Assembly (NCBI GenBank): GCA_963697335.1
Contig: CAVONQ010000002.1
Span: forward strand, 128,001-192,000
From: an uncultured cyanobacterium
GTDB taxonomy: Bacteria > Cyanobacteriota > Cyanobacteriia > PCC-6307 > Cyanobiaceae
Direction of reading: 5' to 3'
Length of the DNA stretch: 64,000 bases
In this document: piece after piece, positions 62,608 through 64,000 of the stretch
How positions within the stretch are numbered: the stretch's first letter is position 1
How the letters are laid out: the number at the start of each line of letters is the position of its first letter
Made by a program: the position numbers and the translations under genes
Notes under the pieces: model-generated
The model's input: only the letters and a program-made list of their open reading frames with translations
Told to the model about the DNA's origin: nothing
Database searches by the model: none

Positions 62608-63449
62608 TGCCGCAGCCCCGCACCAGCACATCGCTGCCGCGCCTGCTGAGCGGCTGGGCGGCCGGGGGCTTCGGCTTCGTGGTGGTGATGCTCGGCGGCT
62701 GGTGGTTCACCGTGGCTGTGGGCGTGATCGTGCATCTGGGGCTGCTGGAGTTCTTCCGCATGGCCCAGTTCAAGGGCATTCGGCCGGCCACCAAGACCAC
62801 CCTGGTGGCGGTGCAGCTGCTGCTGGCCACCACCCAGCTTGCCGGCACCGACAGCTGGCTGGCCGGCGATGTGGCCGCGGCGGTGCTGCCGGCCTCCGGC
62901 GCGGTGATCTGCGGCTGGCTGCTGCTGCAGCCCGTCACCGGCACCATCGCCGACATCGCCGCCTCGGTGTTCGGCCTCTTCTATCTGGGCTTTCTGCCGA
63001 GCCACTGGATCAAGCTGCGCGATCTGCCCGACTCCGGCCTCGAGCTCACGCTGCTGGCCTGCTTCCTGATCGTGGCCACGGACATCGGCTCCTATGCCAT
63101 CGGTCGGCGGCTGGGCCGGCGGCCGCTCTCGCCGATCTCGCCGGGCAAGACCGTCGAGGGAGCCCTGGGGGGTGTGGCCTGTGCCATGGCCGTCGGGGCG
63201 GTGGGTGGTACCTGGATCGGCTGGAACTGGGGCTGGCTGATCGGAGTGGTGCTGGGGGCGGTGGTGGCCCTCTTCGCCCTGGTGGGGGATCTCACCGAGT
63301 CGATGATGAAGCGCGATGCGGGCCTGAAGGATTCCGGCGATGCGATCCCCGGCCACGGCGGCATCCTCGATCGCATCGACAGCTATCTGTTCGTGCCGGC
63401 GGTGGTCTATTCCCTGGTCACCCTGGTGCTGCCGCTGCTCGGTTCCTGA
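62604..63449 (+). CDS. cdsA: Phosphatidate cytidylyltransferase
   Basis: DIGSY, ISPGKTVEG, GDLTESMMKRDAGLKDSG..PGHGGILDRIDS. Confidence 0.96.
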   Translation: MMPQPRTSTSLPRLLSGWAAGGFGFVVVMLGGWWFTVAVGVIVHLGLLEFFRMAQFKGIRPATKTTLVAVQLLLATTQLAGTDSWLAGDVAAAVLPASGAVICGWLLLQPVTGTIADIAASVFGLFYLGFLPSHWIKLRDLPDSGLELTLLACFLIVATDIGSYAIGRRLGRRPLSPISPGKTVEGALGGVACAMAVGAVGGTWIGWNWGWLIGVVLGAVVALFALVGDLTESMMKRDAGLKDSGDAIPGHGGILDRIDSYLFVPAVVYSLVTLVLPLLGS

Positions 63450-63455
63450 AGGGGT

Positions 63456-64000
63456 TCAGGGGGTCACCGTGGCCCGACCCTCCAGCACCACCCGGCCGCT
63501 CTCCACGGCGGCGCGCTCGATCTGCACAGCGGGGTCCATCGGCAGCCTCAGCTCGGTGCTGCCATCCACGGCGCGGATCACCACCGTGCCGGCCTCCGCG
63601 CTCAGGCTGGTTTCCAGCTCCAGCGCCCCATGGCTCCTGAACACCAGGTGCTCCTGGCGGAGGCTGAGCCTGCTGCCCCGCCAGGCGGTGCCGCCGAGCA
63701 GCTGGCCGGCGAGCTGGTCGGCCAGGGGTTGCCAGCTCGCCTGGGCCAGGGAGTGCTCCAGCCCCGTGGGGCTGAACCGCACCTCCCCCCTGATCCCGAA
63801 GGGCTGCCCCAGCTCGATGGCCTGGCCCCGCAGCAGCCCAGCCACCTGGAGGCTGATCGGGTCGCTCGTGAGCGTCACCGCGTCGAGCTCCAGCCCCCGG
63901 TAGTGCACCTGGCGGGCCTGGAGCTGGGCCCCGGCCAGCCGGCCCCGCAGCAGCTGCAGATCGGCGCCCTCCAGCTCCAGCGAGAGGGCCTCGATCTGCT
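63456..64000 (-). CDS. DUF2993/LmeA-like protein, 5'-truncated by the window edge
   Basis: Frame open to the window end: LELEGADLQLLRGRLAGAQLQARQVHYRGL. Confidence 0.65.
   Translation of the reverse strand, partial: QIEALSLELEGADLQLLRGRLAGAQLQARQVHYRGLELDAVTLTSDPISLQVAGLLRGQAIELGQPFGIRGEVRFSPTGLEHSLAQASWQPLADQLAGQLLGGTAWRGSRLSLRQEHLVFRSHGALELETSLSAEAGTVVIRAVDGSTELRLPMDPAVQIERAAVESGRVVLEGRATVTP

Overview
GC-rich picocyanobacterial (Cyanobium/freshwater Synechococcus-like) chromosomal window, judged from gene content and order. It is mostly core genome: hom, sufE, ruvC, chlI, cytM, petG, rsmD, hisH, trxA, Yfr1 sRNA, guaB, gyrA, crtL, a GH57 gene, leuA, folD, crtE, cobB, opcA, zwf, petH, tRNA-Glu, sasA, pepN, prs, bciB, malQ, a group-2 sigma factor, cbiT and cdsA. 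Accessory signals cluster in two places. (1) An islet at about 24.5-28.4 kb holds a decayed PIN/VapC remnant and a decayed MNT nucleotidyltransferase remnant diverging from a perfect 26-bp palindrome, then galE, an intact VapBC pair with a visible operator, and a frameshifted PGM1-like ATP-grasp peptide ligase. (2) An orphan ParB/Srx-like gene with a C-terminal MinD-like amphipathic helix lies between folD and crtE; this is the best candidate for undescribed biology. Two genes carry frameshifts (crtL and the PGM1-like ligase) that may be sequencing errors. No CRISPR array, rRNA, integrase or transposase was seen. All family assignments come from motif recognition by eye, not database searches.
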